A DNA stretch of 64,000 nt from Schmidtea polychroa (taxonomy: Eukaryota). Below the pieces are notes generated by a model. That model was not told the DNA's origin and did not search any database. It saw only the letters and a list, made by a program, of their open reading frames with translations. The stretch covers positions 40,674,001 through 40,738,000 of the forward strand of contig CM097885.1 in NCBI GenBank assembly GCA_044892525.1, written 5' to 3'. Each line of letters opens with the position of its first letter. Position 1 is the first letter of the stretch. A program made the translations under genes and the position numbers. Shown piece after piece: positions 52,644-64,000 of this stretch.

Positions 52644-53870
52644 ATGTTTAAGGTAGCAGACAAAGTAGAAAAAAAGATTTCTCTCCAAGCTAAAGAAGCA
52701 CCTTGTTATGCACTAGTATTTGACGGATGGTCTGAAAATTCTACACACTTCATTGGTATTTTTATTGTCTTCCCAGGAAAAGAAAGAGAAGATGCTCCAG
52801 TTATGCATCTTTTGGCCTTTGCATCGTTACTTGTTGAGGCAAGCTTTAATGCAGATAATCACGCTCAATTCATTCGTGCAACAATCAATAGCTACTCCCT
52901 TTCTTTGAGTAATTTATTTTGTTTAATTGGGGATAATTGCTCTACAAACAAGGCAACAGCTAATCTTCTTGGTGTACCCCTTTTAGGCTGTCGTAGTCAT
53001 CGTTTTAATATAGCTGTTGAAGCCTATTTAAACAGATTCCTTTCTACAGAAACAGATGTAATAGGAAAGTTGATGTCCAAATTATCAACACTCAAGCAAT
53101 CAGGCAGAATGCGTCTCATGACAACACTTCGCCCAGTCAAACGAAACGTCACACGCTGGACTGGAGTTCCAGATATGTTGGAGCGTTTTGAAAGATTATT
53201 AGCACACTTAAATAACGAAGATGAAGAACTCTTAGAATTTATTCCAACTGCAGAACAGAAAAAAAATGTTCGTGAACGTAAACAAGCATTAGTGGACTTC
53301 AAGTCAGTTACACTATCCATCCAACGAAACGACATGACAATAAATGAATCAGAAGTTTTATTTCAATCAATAATAGATTCATATCCAGAAATGAATTTTG
53401 CATCCTACATTGGTGAAGATGCAAAAATTATTCATAATAAGCAATTGGAATCCGCAATCATCAAAATTCAAGGAAAAAAGGAGATTTATCTGACAGTTGA
53501 AGAAAAAGAGGAAGTAAAAAAATTGTTATTAAAAGTCGATAATAATGAAGGTGATTCTCAAGAACATTTTGAAACTTTATCTTTTGCAGAGAGGGCCCTC
53601 AAGACACAACGATTGCAAGAGAAGCAAATGTGCAGCAAGTACATCAATACTAACTTTTTAATTCCAACATCTTGTGAAGTGGAAAGACTTTTTTCTTTAG
53701 CTAAAATAGTATTTAGTCCTTACAGAAGAAGCTTGCACCCTCAAACTTTAGAGACATTACTTTTTCTAAATCGAAATAAGTCCCTTCGGAATTTGGCTCT
53801 AGTAGCATTAGTGGTCAATGAAAAAGATAATGACAAGGATGAAGATGAATACGAATTTGAGGAAGAATGA
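52644..53870 (+). CDS. hAT-like transposase, N-terminally truncated
   Basis: FDGWS, GDNCSTN, CRSHRFN, TRW, PTSCEVERLFS. Confidence 0.88.
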   Translation: MFKVADKVEKKISLQAKEAPCYALVFDGWSENSTHFIGIFIVFPGKEREDAPVMHLLAFASLLVEASFNADNHAQFIRATINSYSLSLSNLFCLIGDNCSTNKATANLLGVPLLGCRSHRFNIAVEAYLNRFLSTETDVIGKLMSKLSTLKQSGRMRLMTTLRPVKRNVTRWTGVPDMLERFERLLAHLNNEDEELLEFIPTAEQKKNVRERKQALVDFKSVTLSIQRNDMTINESEVLFQSIIDSYPEMNFASYIGEDAKIIHNKQLESAIIKIQGKKEIYLTVEEKEEVKKLLLKVDNNEGDSQEHFETLSFAERALKTQRLQEKQMCSKYINTNFLIPTSCEVERLFSLAKIVFSPYRRSLHPQTLETLLFLNRNKSLRNLALVALVVNEKDNDKDEDEYEFEEE

Positions 53871-54049
53871 TAATATAGTAAATTAAAACTATATTTATTT
53901 TAATAAATATTTTATTGCTCAAACCTTAAACCGTTTATATTGTTTCTCTTTAATATCTTATGTTGTACAAAAAGCAATTTATTGCATATTTTATTGCTAG
54001 AACCTTAAATTGACCATCAATAATATGGTAATGAAAATAAAAAATGATG

Positions 54050-54500
54050 CAAAATGTATTGCAATATATTGTATTGAAATAAAAATATATTGCAATATAT
54101 TGTATTGTAATAAAAATATATTGCAATATATTGTATTGTAATAAAAATATATTGCAATATATTGTATTGTAATAAAAATATATTGCAATACATTGTATTG
54201 AAATAAAAATATATTACAATATATTGTATTGAAATAAAAATATATTGCAATATATTGTATTGTAATAAAAATATATTGCAATATATTGTATTGTAATAAA
54301 AATATATTGCAATATATTGTATTGTAATAAAAATATATTGCAATATATTGTATTGAAATAAAAATATATTGCAATATATTGTATTGAAATAAAAATATAT
54401 TGCAATATATTGTATTGTAATAAAAATATATTGCAATATATTGTATTGTAATAAAAATATATTGCAATATATTGTATTGTAATAAAAATATATTGCAATA
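54050..54500. repeat. 30-bp subterminal tandem repeat
   Basis: TATTGCAATATATTGTATTG(T/A)AATAAAAATA repeated about 14 times. Confidence 0.92.
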
Positions 54501-55007
54501 TTTTAACAATATTATTGTGCACAGCCTAGGTATGAGGTTAACGGTTAATTTATTTCTATCATTAATATTGTTAATATTTATTACATTAACGAAAATAAAA
54601 GCAAGTAAAATAATTATTTATTACAGATAATATAAGATGGGTAAAGTTATTAATAATATCACGAACAAGCGGATTTTTTTTATTTGATTGCAATAAACAA
54701 TTTTGAATCTTTTTTGAAAGTTAACCGACAATGAAACAGATCTTCGATGATATCTTTTGCCTTTGATACATTTCAAGTTATAGATAATAATTAATAATTA
54801 ATTTTCATTTATTAATTAACACAGTACCCTATTTTCTCAAAGAAGGGTGATTGTTATTTTATTTTTGAAATATTAATGCTTATAATCATAGTATTAAGAT
54901 ATTCTTTGATTTTCCTCTATGAAATAAGAAATAAAACCTTTGAAATACTAAATAATATAATGACCAATCAACTATATTTTTAGTAAAAAGTTAATTATTT
55001 TAAATAA

Positions 55008-55512
55008 TCTAATATATAAAGATGAAAGTTTGTTTGTTTGTTTGTTTTCTATAGAATTCCCCTCATTTAACTTGGGACATGTAGACTATGTTTCTCCCCC
55101 ATGTGACCACCCCTAAAGTACCCTTAGTCGGTTTTTTGTCTGTCCGGTCAGCAATTCACCATATAAATTATAATTTGTTATATGCTTGCTACTTGTAGTT
55201 GAAAGTAAAATAATTTAGTCAAACGCTTTCAAAGCAGAATTCAAACATGGAGAATTTGAATTTTATTTGATTAATGAACCAGTTAGCAATTGGAAAAATA
55301 TTTCCAGTTATTTTTCGATTTAAATTGAAGTTCGTTTTCGATTTTACAAATTGAAATTTATTTTGAAAGCTTTTCTTATTGTGAATTAAACATGGAATTG
55401 AAGCTGTTATAAAATTAATTATGGAACGTAATAACATCAATAAACAAAGAAATAATTTAAATGAATTGTTATAATAAATGTAAACTCGGGCGAAGCCGGG
55501 TACAACAGCTAG
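55008..55512 (+). mobile_element. Non-autonomous Helitron
   Basis: A|TC start, (GTTT)n near the 5' end, GC-rich hairpin CTCGGGCGAAGCCGGG, CTAG|T end. Confidence 0.8.
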
Positions 55513-56869
55513 TATATATATATATATATATATATATTTCTTTTTTGATTTGTTTTCAATTGTATTTATTAAAAAGCTTGGAAACTACGAATCAGTAAAT
55601 ATATCATCAAATTCATTTGAAAAAGCCAGTGCCGAAAATTCATGAATATAAAAAAACATCGATATATTTATATTTATAATTTACCGTTTAATATTTATTT
55701 CTGATAAGCTTAATTAATAAAGAATTCTTTGAAAATTAATAGTTGAAACTTATAGATGTTTCTCTTGAAAATTTTATCTATTCAAATAAATGAACTGCGA
55801 ACCTTACAAGATGATGATCAATGGCAGGGATACGAGATTTGTTGATACAATTTGTTGGCCAGTGGAAAAAATCAGAAAGTTCGTAAGTAATTACTAGGGC
55901 GAATTAAAAATATGATTTATGTACAAAAGTAGCACTTATATGGAAATATCATTAGCAATATTCAACATATTATTTACACTATTGTTATAATAAAATAGGA
56001 AATACATCCACAACCTTTGTGGTCAAAAATTCCAATACTTTGAGAGTAATAAAAGTTAGTGGGCATTTATGTCTGAGAATGTAACAATATTAAATATATC
56101 ATTTAATCATAATCTTGTCAATATATGATCTTATAAAATGCATGGATCAAACATTTCCAAGAATTAGATAATGGAATTATAATTTCTTTTAATTTCGATA
56201 AAAATGTTAAATATTCGCGCATTATTTATTGATTCCTTAGCTTTTTCATTAAAATTACTCCTTTATTTTATTCTCCAACCATCCTTATTATTTCGACCAA
56301 ATTTTCATTACAATAAAAACCAAACCTCAGTCAAAATAACCATCTGGTAATTGGGCCCGCATCCATAAAATGGCACACAAGCAAATTCAACACTCCATAC
56401 AGTAGCTTGCCTACTGTATTTGGCCTAACATATTTATTATATTTTTATTAATAAATTTTTGACTTTACAGAAATGTATCATCCAATATTTACAAATTTTC
56501 ATGTTATTGTCATAGTTCTAATTGTGTTTCTGACGAATGAATTATACCAGTAAGGATACTGTTTGTCACTAGTAGATAGATAGGGCACCGCTAGATCAGG
56601 ACTCCGCTGGATCACATATCCCCCCCTAGGGGAAATTTTTAAAATTCTTTTCAAGGTCAAATTTTTTAATGTAAAGTTCATTTTTTTTTAATTTGAAATT
56701 TGAGAGTTCCCGACAAGAGATATTATTATTTGAAAATAAAGGTCTTTGAAACAAAGGGATTATTATTATATATACTCTGAGTTTATCCGACAAGATATTC
56801 TGTCCCCCTATGGGTATTGCTCACAAAGGTACTGGTCACACTCAACAACTCGCAAGGGTATTATTATTA

Positions 56870-56930
<61 letters not shown>

Positions 56931-57053
56931 TATTATTATTATTATTATTTTTTTTTTAATTTATTTATCTATTATTATTACAAAGATATACGAAATTATT
57001 ATTAGTTTTCATAAAAAATGACAATAAATTAAGACATTAAAAGATATATTAAA

Positions 57054-60000
57054 TCACAGATCAATTCGATAATAATACGTCATATCAATATCATTGTCAT
57101 CATTGGCCTCATTGAAATCTGGACTTCGACCTCCTAATAGTGGACGAATTTCTGAAATTACTTGATCAACATCTAAGGCATCTAGTCCTAAATAATGCCC
57201 ATATGCGAGACTGGAATTTTTCCTCACCCATAATCGTTTGTCATCGTTGTTTGACAATGCAATCTTGGTATTTTTAAACGTAAGAAGCTGGTGGTTGCGC
57301 GTCCCTATTCTAGTTTGTGGCACCGTATATACTACGCTGTTGTTGTAGCAGTCTAAATAAAACTGGTGTCTAATTTCAGTCCCTATCAATTTGACTCCCT
57401 TTGCTTTTAAATGATCTTTAGCCCCTAACAAACTATAACACTTAGGTCTTAAGAAAACCCACTCCTTATACCCTAAACCTTTACTTTCATCTTTAAACTT
57501 CTCTATCACAGAATCAAGGTTTCTAGAGTATAAGGGATGTGTTGGGTCATAGTTGCTAGTATCTAAAAGATTATCACGAATCATTGCGGGCAAAAGAGTG
57601 TCAAGCTTACAATGCTTTATCTCTAAGAAAAAGGAGTCAGTGTCACCGGCAACGATATTTATATCACAATTAAATTCAGACCTGTACTTGGCCAATTCCA
57701 CATATTGTAGTTGATACATTCTTAGTTTAGACAAATCTAACACTGTTTGACCAATATAGCTAGGCCTGTCTAAACATATAGAATCTTTATCCAGATGAGC
57801 CGCAATCAGATCATCAGCAATTTTGATAGATTTTCTGAAAGTAGGTTTTGAAGCATATACAATCATATTTTCAGCTGAATTGCATAGCCTCAAATTCATC
57901 CGTTTTTTAAGGTTTTCCACGGATTTCCCATACAAACTATTATTAAATAGCTTATATAAATCTCTGTGCAGCTCGCATGTAGAATTGGCTCGTAAATTAG
58001 TGTTTTTGTCTATGTACGATTTAAAAATGGGTGCATGATTAAATTTAATTTCCCTATGTACTTTTTTAATAATAGCCCCCAATTCTATATACAACTTGAG
58101 AAGTCGCCAATGAAGAACATGGTTCTTCTTCGGCCAATGCGTGAGCATCAGCTTCTCAACTTTGCAGTTTTGCTGAGTCCAAATAACTTGGGCTAATGCA
58201 TACTCATCATTAAACACAGAATCCCAGATCGGAGGTAGTTCAAGAGTCGATTCCAGAACCTCAAGCGATGTAGCGAAGTCATAAGGAAAGATACCTTTGG
58301 ATCGAACAATTGCGCCATCAAAAACAGAAGAAGTTAAAGGCAGATCGGAAAGAGTCTTAACCGCTTTTGCTAAAGATGAATTAACAAACTGCATGCTGTC
58401 AATAAAACGAACAGGCAATTTGTTAATATACGCGATGAGAGAGATGAATTTTTCTGTAGTGGTCGGAATAATATTTAATTCCCAAGAAGGAAAATTATTC
58501 AAGCCATACTTCAAAATATGATGGAGATCATACCCCCTCAAATTATGAAACACAACTGGTAACTGTCTCTGAATTCGCCGAGAAACATTACATTTCCTAC
58601 AAGCAGCACCAAGATACTTGCCTGTGAAGTGGCAATGGTCTCTAACTCTAGCTCTAATGAATTTTTTACAAAGGTAACAGGTTCTGGAATCTCTATATGC
58701 CTGCTGTTGAACGAAAGACAAGGTTTGCATGGGCTTTTTCCCATTAATTTCGTAATATGGCAGGACAATTGTGACAGTAATTTCCTCCACCTTACGCAAG
58801 AAAGACAACACACAATCATCACCAACAAACTCATAATAAAATCTAGTGTTATTATAATTATTAATTAATAACATGCCTGCTGTTATTGGCAAGTGCTTTT
58901 GATGGTGTATTATATCCTCAGGCAAGATTGCCTTAAAATCGGCATATATCACGAATGGCGGGGTGATTGTCTTCGCATAATTTGAAAAAATCAAATTTTT
59001 CTCTTCCGGTAGTGTATATAAAGTAGTACCTATCTGGTTCTTACTGCATAGTGCAACATGTACGTTAAATGCTTTTTCATATCGAAAACCATTGAGACAA
59101 TGGGGACACCAGTTCACTCTAATCCAAAGGCTGCAGGAGCTACTGGGATGTGAGTTCATTAATTTTTGTAAGTTAAAAACTGCGGTATAATGGAAATTAT
59201 CACCGTCTTCCAATAAAAGTAAGTATATGGGTTCACCACCTATAACCTTAGATCGGTGAATAATATCTAATTGAGGATGATGTGGAATATAATTATCGTC
59301 AATTACATTTTCATAAAGCTTACCTGGAGTCTTTTATAAATTAAAACATTTATTGATAAATTTAAATCCTTATTTTTCCTTTCAAATTTAGGGATGTCGC
59401 ACAATTTCATTGGGCAATCGGAAATGGGGTCAAAATTTAACTCGTCAAGATAATTTTCATAGGAACTAACTCTATTTCTATTTATATGTACAACATTACG
59501 TTTTAAAAGTGCTAAAATACTATATATAAAGCACATATCGTCGGTGTTTTTGACGTTTACTATTGCTTTTTTAGAATTTAAAGCTGATGGGGTGGGGATA
59601 TAACTATGTCCAGCTAACCTATTCATATGGGTAAATTTTGTTAATATAAAATCTATCTCTTTGATTTTAACCACCCGCCATCCGCTACCCAAATATGTGA
59701 ATTTTTCTATTTTCTCATTTAACTTAGTGATACCCTCTATGTAGTGAGCCGTTACACGACCTTAACAATATCTATATACCTATTATACTATATTATATTA
59801 TATTATATTATATTATATATATAAATGCGCGGTCACCAACGAATAAGGACCAAACAGAACACAATTATAGTCAATCAAAATTCGTGCGATCAGCTAATAC
59901 TTCTACTTATCAATCAGGCTCTATTAATCAATCTCAGACGAGTAAAGCAAATTCGATGCCATGTTATCATTATCAAGATAAACTGTATTCGGCTCTCATA

Positions 60001-61627
60001 GACCAACACCCTCATCCATTACAATTCGCGAAATACGGAACAAATCCTAACAATAATATGAACCCGAATAGATCTTTTTATCAAACCACCACACGTCTTT
60101 ACAAATTCTGATCAATGTGATAATGCAAAAAAGGATCAGAACGGCAAAGGATATACATTTCCTCAAATATTGTATGCGAATGACAATGGTCAAATTGGTT
60201 CATGGACAAATCGGCAGGCTGTAAAATCTTTAGAAATAATCGGACTATATGAAATTATTATATTTAGTTAACATTTTGTAAATGAGAAATGGCTGTTGAA
60301 TATGTTTATCTGGTCTGATTATATTTACATTTTTATGTAGTTTCTATTATATATTTTTGTTTTACTCAGATCTGTAAATTTTTGTAATTCAAATTAAAAA
60401 CTTGTAGTAGATTAATTCAAATTATTATTTACATTTAATTAAGCCATGAATAAAATTGGGAAAATCGCATTAAAGAATTCATCATTATTTTTGTGTGATA
60501 TGCAAGAAAAGTTTGCGAGTTCAATAACATATTTTAATGAAATTGTTCCTGTTTCTAATCGAATGTTAAAAGCTGCTAAATTACCTGTTACAATTTTAAA
60601 TGCTGTATGTAGCGAAAAAGCTGTGAATCCACAGTCAAATCCCAATGTGGATATAATAAAGCCGAATACACCAACTGATGGTGATACTCCTTTAGGCAAT
60701 GCCATTATCCCTGGTACTAAACGAAGTCATTTAGATTCTCTGACAGATTTTTCTAATGATTGCAACAAGGATATTCCAATCAAGAAATCTAAATTAACTA
60801 TAAAAACTATTCAAAAAGAAAACATCACAAATTTGATTACCCCAACCACAACACTCTACTAGAAAATTATCTGAAAAAACCTCTGCATTATTAGAGAAAA
60901 AATTATCTCTAATTTCCCCATCTTTTTCGAATTGGATTAAAACGGTGAATTGTATTTTAACTGTGACCATACCGTTTATTTCGGTAATTAATTTATTTGT
61001 GATCTTATTTGTAATGAAAACTTGTACCAAGTTATCTTTTTCGAAATTAAATCGTAAATTCTTGCTAGTCCCCTTAAAATCTATCTCAATTTCAGGTTCG
61101 TCGTCAATGTCGATCGAACCGCCTATCTTATTATTTACTGAACCACCTATTTGAATATTATTTAAATCACTTATTTGATCTATTTTAGTAATTTTAGAGG
61201 GAACACAATACCTAAAACTAACAGCAGGCTGTTTATTATTATTTAGAATATTATTTATATTACTATTTTGATTCGTATTTAGATTAGTATTATTTACATT
61301 ATTATTTACATGTTTTGTATTATAATTATTATTTATAGGTTTTGTATTTATGTGTTTTGTGGTATTATGTGTTGATTGTTGTATTTTAATAAACAATTTC
61401 TTTTTATTTAAAGAGAATCGATTTAAATGTGATTTGTGAATATTATAAAACTCCATATATTTAATGCTTTGGGAAGTCTCGCATATTGGACATATAAAGT
61501 AGTTGATGCCATAGAATCTATGACCGTAGTATTTTTTCATATTTTTATGGCATATATTTGTATGATCATTTGATGACATGCAGTAGCGTGGATATAATTT
61601 ACCTGATGAATTATAAATATATATCAA
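57054..61627 (-). pseudogene. pPolB family B: split by a solo LTR, frameshifted near 59300, internally deleted
   Basis: 61627-60854 joins 59734 as FSDNFLVE|GITKLNEKIEKFTYLGSGW; NTDDMCF; CYLC..DHCH..GAAC..CN; FHNL.GYD; KL.NNSLYGK; GDTDSF; motif A region absent. Confidence 0.9.
59740..60853 (+). mobile_element. Solo LTR-like insertion carrying an isochorismatase-domain (ISOC-like) fragment
   Basis: TG...CA ends, 5-bp TSD CTCTA (59735-59739, 60854-60858); removal restores the pPolB frame; 60446-60583 encodes SSLFLCDMQEKF..I.YF.EIV.V..RMLK.A.L. Confidence 0.88.
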
Positions 61628-61872
61628 ATATATTAATAGATTTAAATATTAATTGTTAATTGCATTTATATATAATGTCATTATTAACAATTCTTAAGCA
61701 GTTTTTATCGCATAATAATTATAAAACGAAATAATAATCGGAATACATATATAAATTACTGTAATATTATTATTATCAGAGGTATAAAATATGGGACATA
61801 TGAAATCATAAATATTATTATCAATGTTATTGCTATTATTGCAAACTATGTTTGACAATTAATATTTTTAAA

Positions 61873-63848
61873 GTACTACTTTATATACACTACCGGAAGA
61901 GAAAAATTTGATTTTTTCAAATTATGCGAAGACAATCACCCCGCCATTCGTGATATATGCCGATTTTAAGGCAATCTTGCCTGAGGATATAATACACCAT
62001 CAAAAGCACTTGCCAATAACAGCAGGCATGTTATTAATTAATAATTATAATAACACTAGATTTTATTATGAGTTTGTTGGTGATGATTGTGTGTTGTCTT
62101 TCTTGCGTAAGGTGGAGGAAATTACTGTCACAATTGTCCTGCCATATTACGAAATTAATGGGAAAAAGCCCATGCAAACCTTGTCTTTCGTTCAACAGCA
62201 GGCATATAGAGATTCCAGAACCTGTTACCTTTGTAAAAAATTCATTAGAGATAGAGTTAGAGACCATTGCCACTTCACATGCAAGTACCTTGGTGCTGCT
62301 TGTAGGAAATGTAATGTTTCTCGGCGAATTCAGAGACAGTTACCAGTTGTGTTTCATAATTTGAGGGGGTATAATCTCCATCATATTTTGAAGTATGGCT
62401 TGAATAATTTTCCTTCTTGGGAATTAAATATTATTCCGACCACTACAGAAAAATTCATCTCTCTCATCGCGTATATTAACAAATTGCCTGTTCGTTTTAT
62501 TGACAGCATGCAGTTTGTTAATTCATCTTTAGCAAAAGCGGTTAAGACTCTTTCCGATCTGCCTTTAACTTCTTCTGTTTTTGATGGCGCAATTGTTCGA
62601 TCCAAAGGTATCTTTCCTTATGACTTCGCTACATCGCTTGAGGTTCTGGAATCGACTCTTGAACTACCTCCGATCTGGGATTCTGTGTTTAATGATGAGT
62701 ATGCATTAGCCCAAGTTATTTGGACTCAGCAAAACTGCAAAGTTGAGAAGCTGATGCTCACGCATTGGCCGAAGAAGAACCATGTTCTTCATTGGCGACT
62801 TCTCAAGTTGTATATAGAATTGGGGGCTATTATTAAAAAAGTACATAGGGAAATTAAATTTAATCATGCACCCATTTTTAAATCGTACATAGACAAAAAC
62901 ACTAATTTACGAGCCAATTCTACATGCGAGCTGCACAGAGATTTATATAAGCTATTTAATAATAGTTTGTATGGGAAATCCGTGGAAAACCTTAAAAAAC
63001 GGATGAATTTGAGGCTATGCAATTCAGCTGAAAATATGATTGTATATGCTTCAAAACCTACTTTCAGAAAATCTATCAAAATTGCTGATGATCTGATTGC
63101 GGCTCATCTGGATAAAGATTCTATATGTTTAGACAGGCCTAGCTATATTGGTCAAACAGTGTTAGATTTGTCTAAACTAAGAATGTATCAACTACAATAT
63201 GTGGAATTGGCCAAGTACAGGTCTGAATTTAATTGTGATATAAATATCGTTGCCGGTGACACTGACTCCTTTTTCTTAGAGATAAAGCATTGTAAGCTTG
63301 ACACTCTTTTGCCCGCAATGATTCGTGATAATCTTTTAGATACTAGCAACTATGACCCAACACATCCCTTATACTCTAGAAACCTTGATTCTGTGATAGA
63401 GAAGTTTAAAGATGAAAGTAAAGGTTTAGGGTATAAGGAGTGGGTTTTCTTAAGACCTAAGTGTTATAGTTTGTTAGGGGCTAAAGATCATTTAAAAGCA
63501 AAGGGAGTCAAATTGATAGGGACTGAAATTAGACACCAGTTTTATTTAGACTGCTACAACAACAGCGTAGTATATACGGTGCCACAAACTAGAATAGGGA
63601 CGCGCAACCACCAGCTTCTTACGTTTAAAAATACCAAGATTGCATTGTCAAACAACGATGACAAACGATTATGGGTGAGGAAAAATTCCAGTCTCGCATA
63701 TGGGCATTATTTAGGACTAGATGCCTTAGATGTTGATCAAGTAATTTCAGAAATTCGTCCACTATTAGGAGGTCGAAGTCCAGATTTCAATGAGGCCAAT
63801 GATGACAATGATATTGATATGACGTATTATTATCGAATTGATCTGTGA
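61873..63848 (+). pseudogene. Inverted duplicate of pPolB family B 3' part
   Basis: Mirror of 59029-57054 (coordinates sum to 120902 at both ends); three amino-acid differences noticed. Confidence 0.93.
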
Positions 63849-63952
63849 TTTAATATATCTTTTAATGTCTTAATTTATTGTCATTTTTTATGAAAACTAA
63901 TAATAATTTCGTATATCTTTGTAATAATAATAGATAAATAAATTAAAAAAAA

Positions 63953-64000
<48 letters not shown>

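Larger units (their letters stand above)
51954..54529 (+). mobile_element. hAT-like transposon family 2 with tandem subterminal repeats
   Basis: Imperfect TIR CAAGGCTGCGCA / TGCACAGCCTAG; 8-bp TSD GTATGAGG (51946-51953, 54530-54537). Confidence 0.92.
48503..54544 (+). mobile_element. Decayed piggyBac with nested Penelope-like and hAT insertions
   Basis: TTAA|CCGTTAACCTC ... GAGGTTAACGG|TTAA; transposase pieces RFDD..DKFAPIRE, TVDE, SKPEK.GIK, RNITIDKFFTS, GTLWKNK, YNKTK.G.D.MD. Confidence 0.9.
56571..64000. mobile_element. Polinton-like family B derivative with large inverted arms (runs off the window)
   Basis: Putative AGTAGATAGATAG terminus at 56571, (TAT)n, pPolB on minus strand, mirror copy from 61873. 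Confidence 0.7.

Noticed and set aside
53997..54522. Three repetitive ORFs on the minus strand
   Set aside because: Translations of the 30-bp tandem repeat

Overview
AT-rich animal (invertebrate-type) genomic DNA made almost entirely of nested mobile elements. The only clear host-gene remnant is a decayed protocadherin exon pair near 5 kb. Contents: (i) degraded Polinton/Maverick (adintovirus-like) endogenous viruses with two pPolB families, major and minor capsid, PLA2-like domain plus integrase, adenain-like protease and fibre-like protein; (ii) two hAT families, a piggyBac, a pogo-like MITE, a Helitron, a Penelope-like element with a minimal hammerhead ribozyme, Gypsy remnants and several solo LTRs. 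The most striking system is a set of LTRs or LTR-like units (16.1, 18.6, 22.4, 37.1 and 59.7 kb) that carry short fragments of host housekeeping genes: SNF8/Vps22 + proteasome alpha1, cofilin + LIM + Rab1, and an isochorismatase-like protein. One belongs to a young, pol-deleted BEL/Pao element whose single ORF reads cargo > ubiquitin > Gag. All homology calls are by eye from remembered family motifs; no searches were run.
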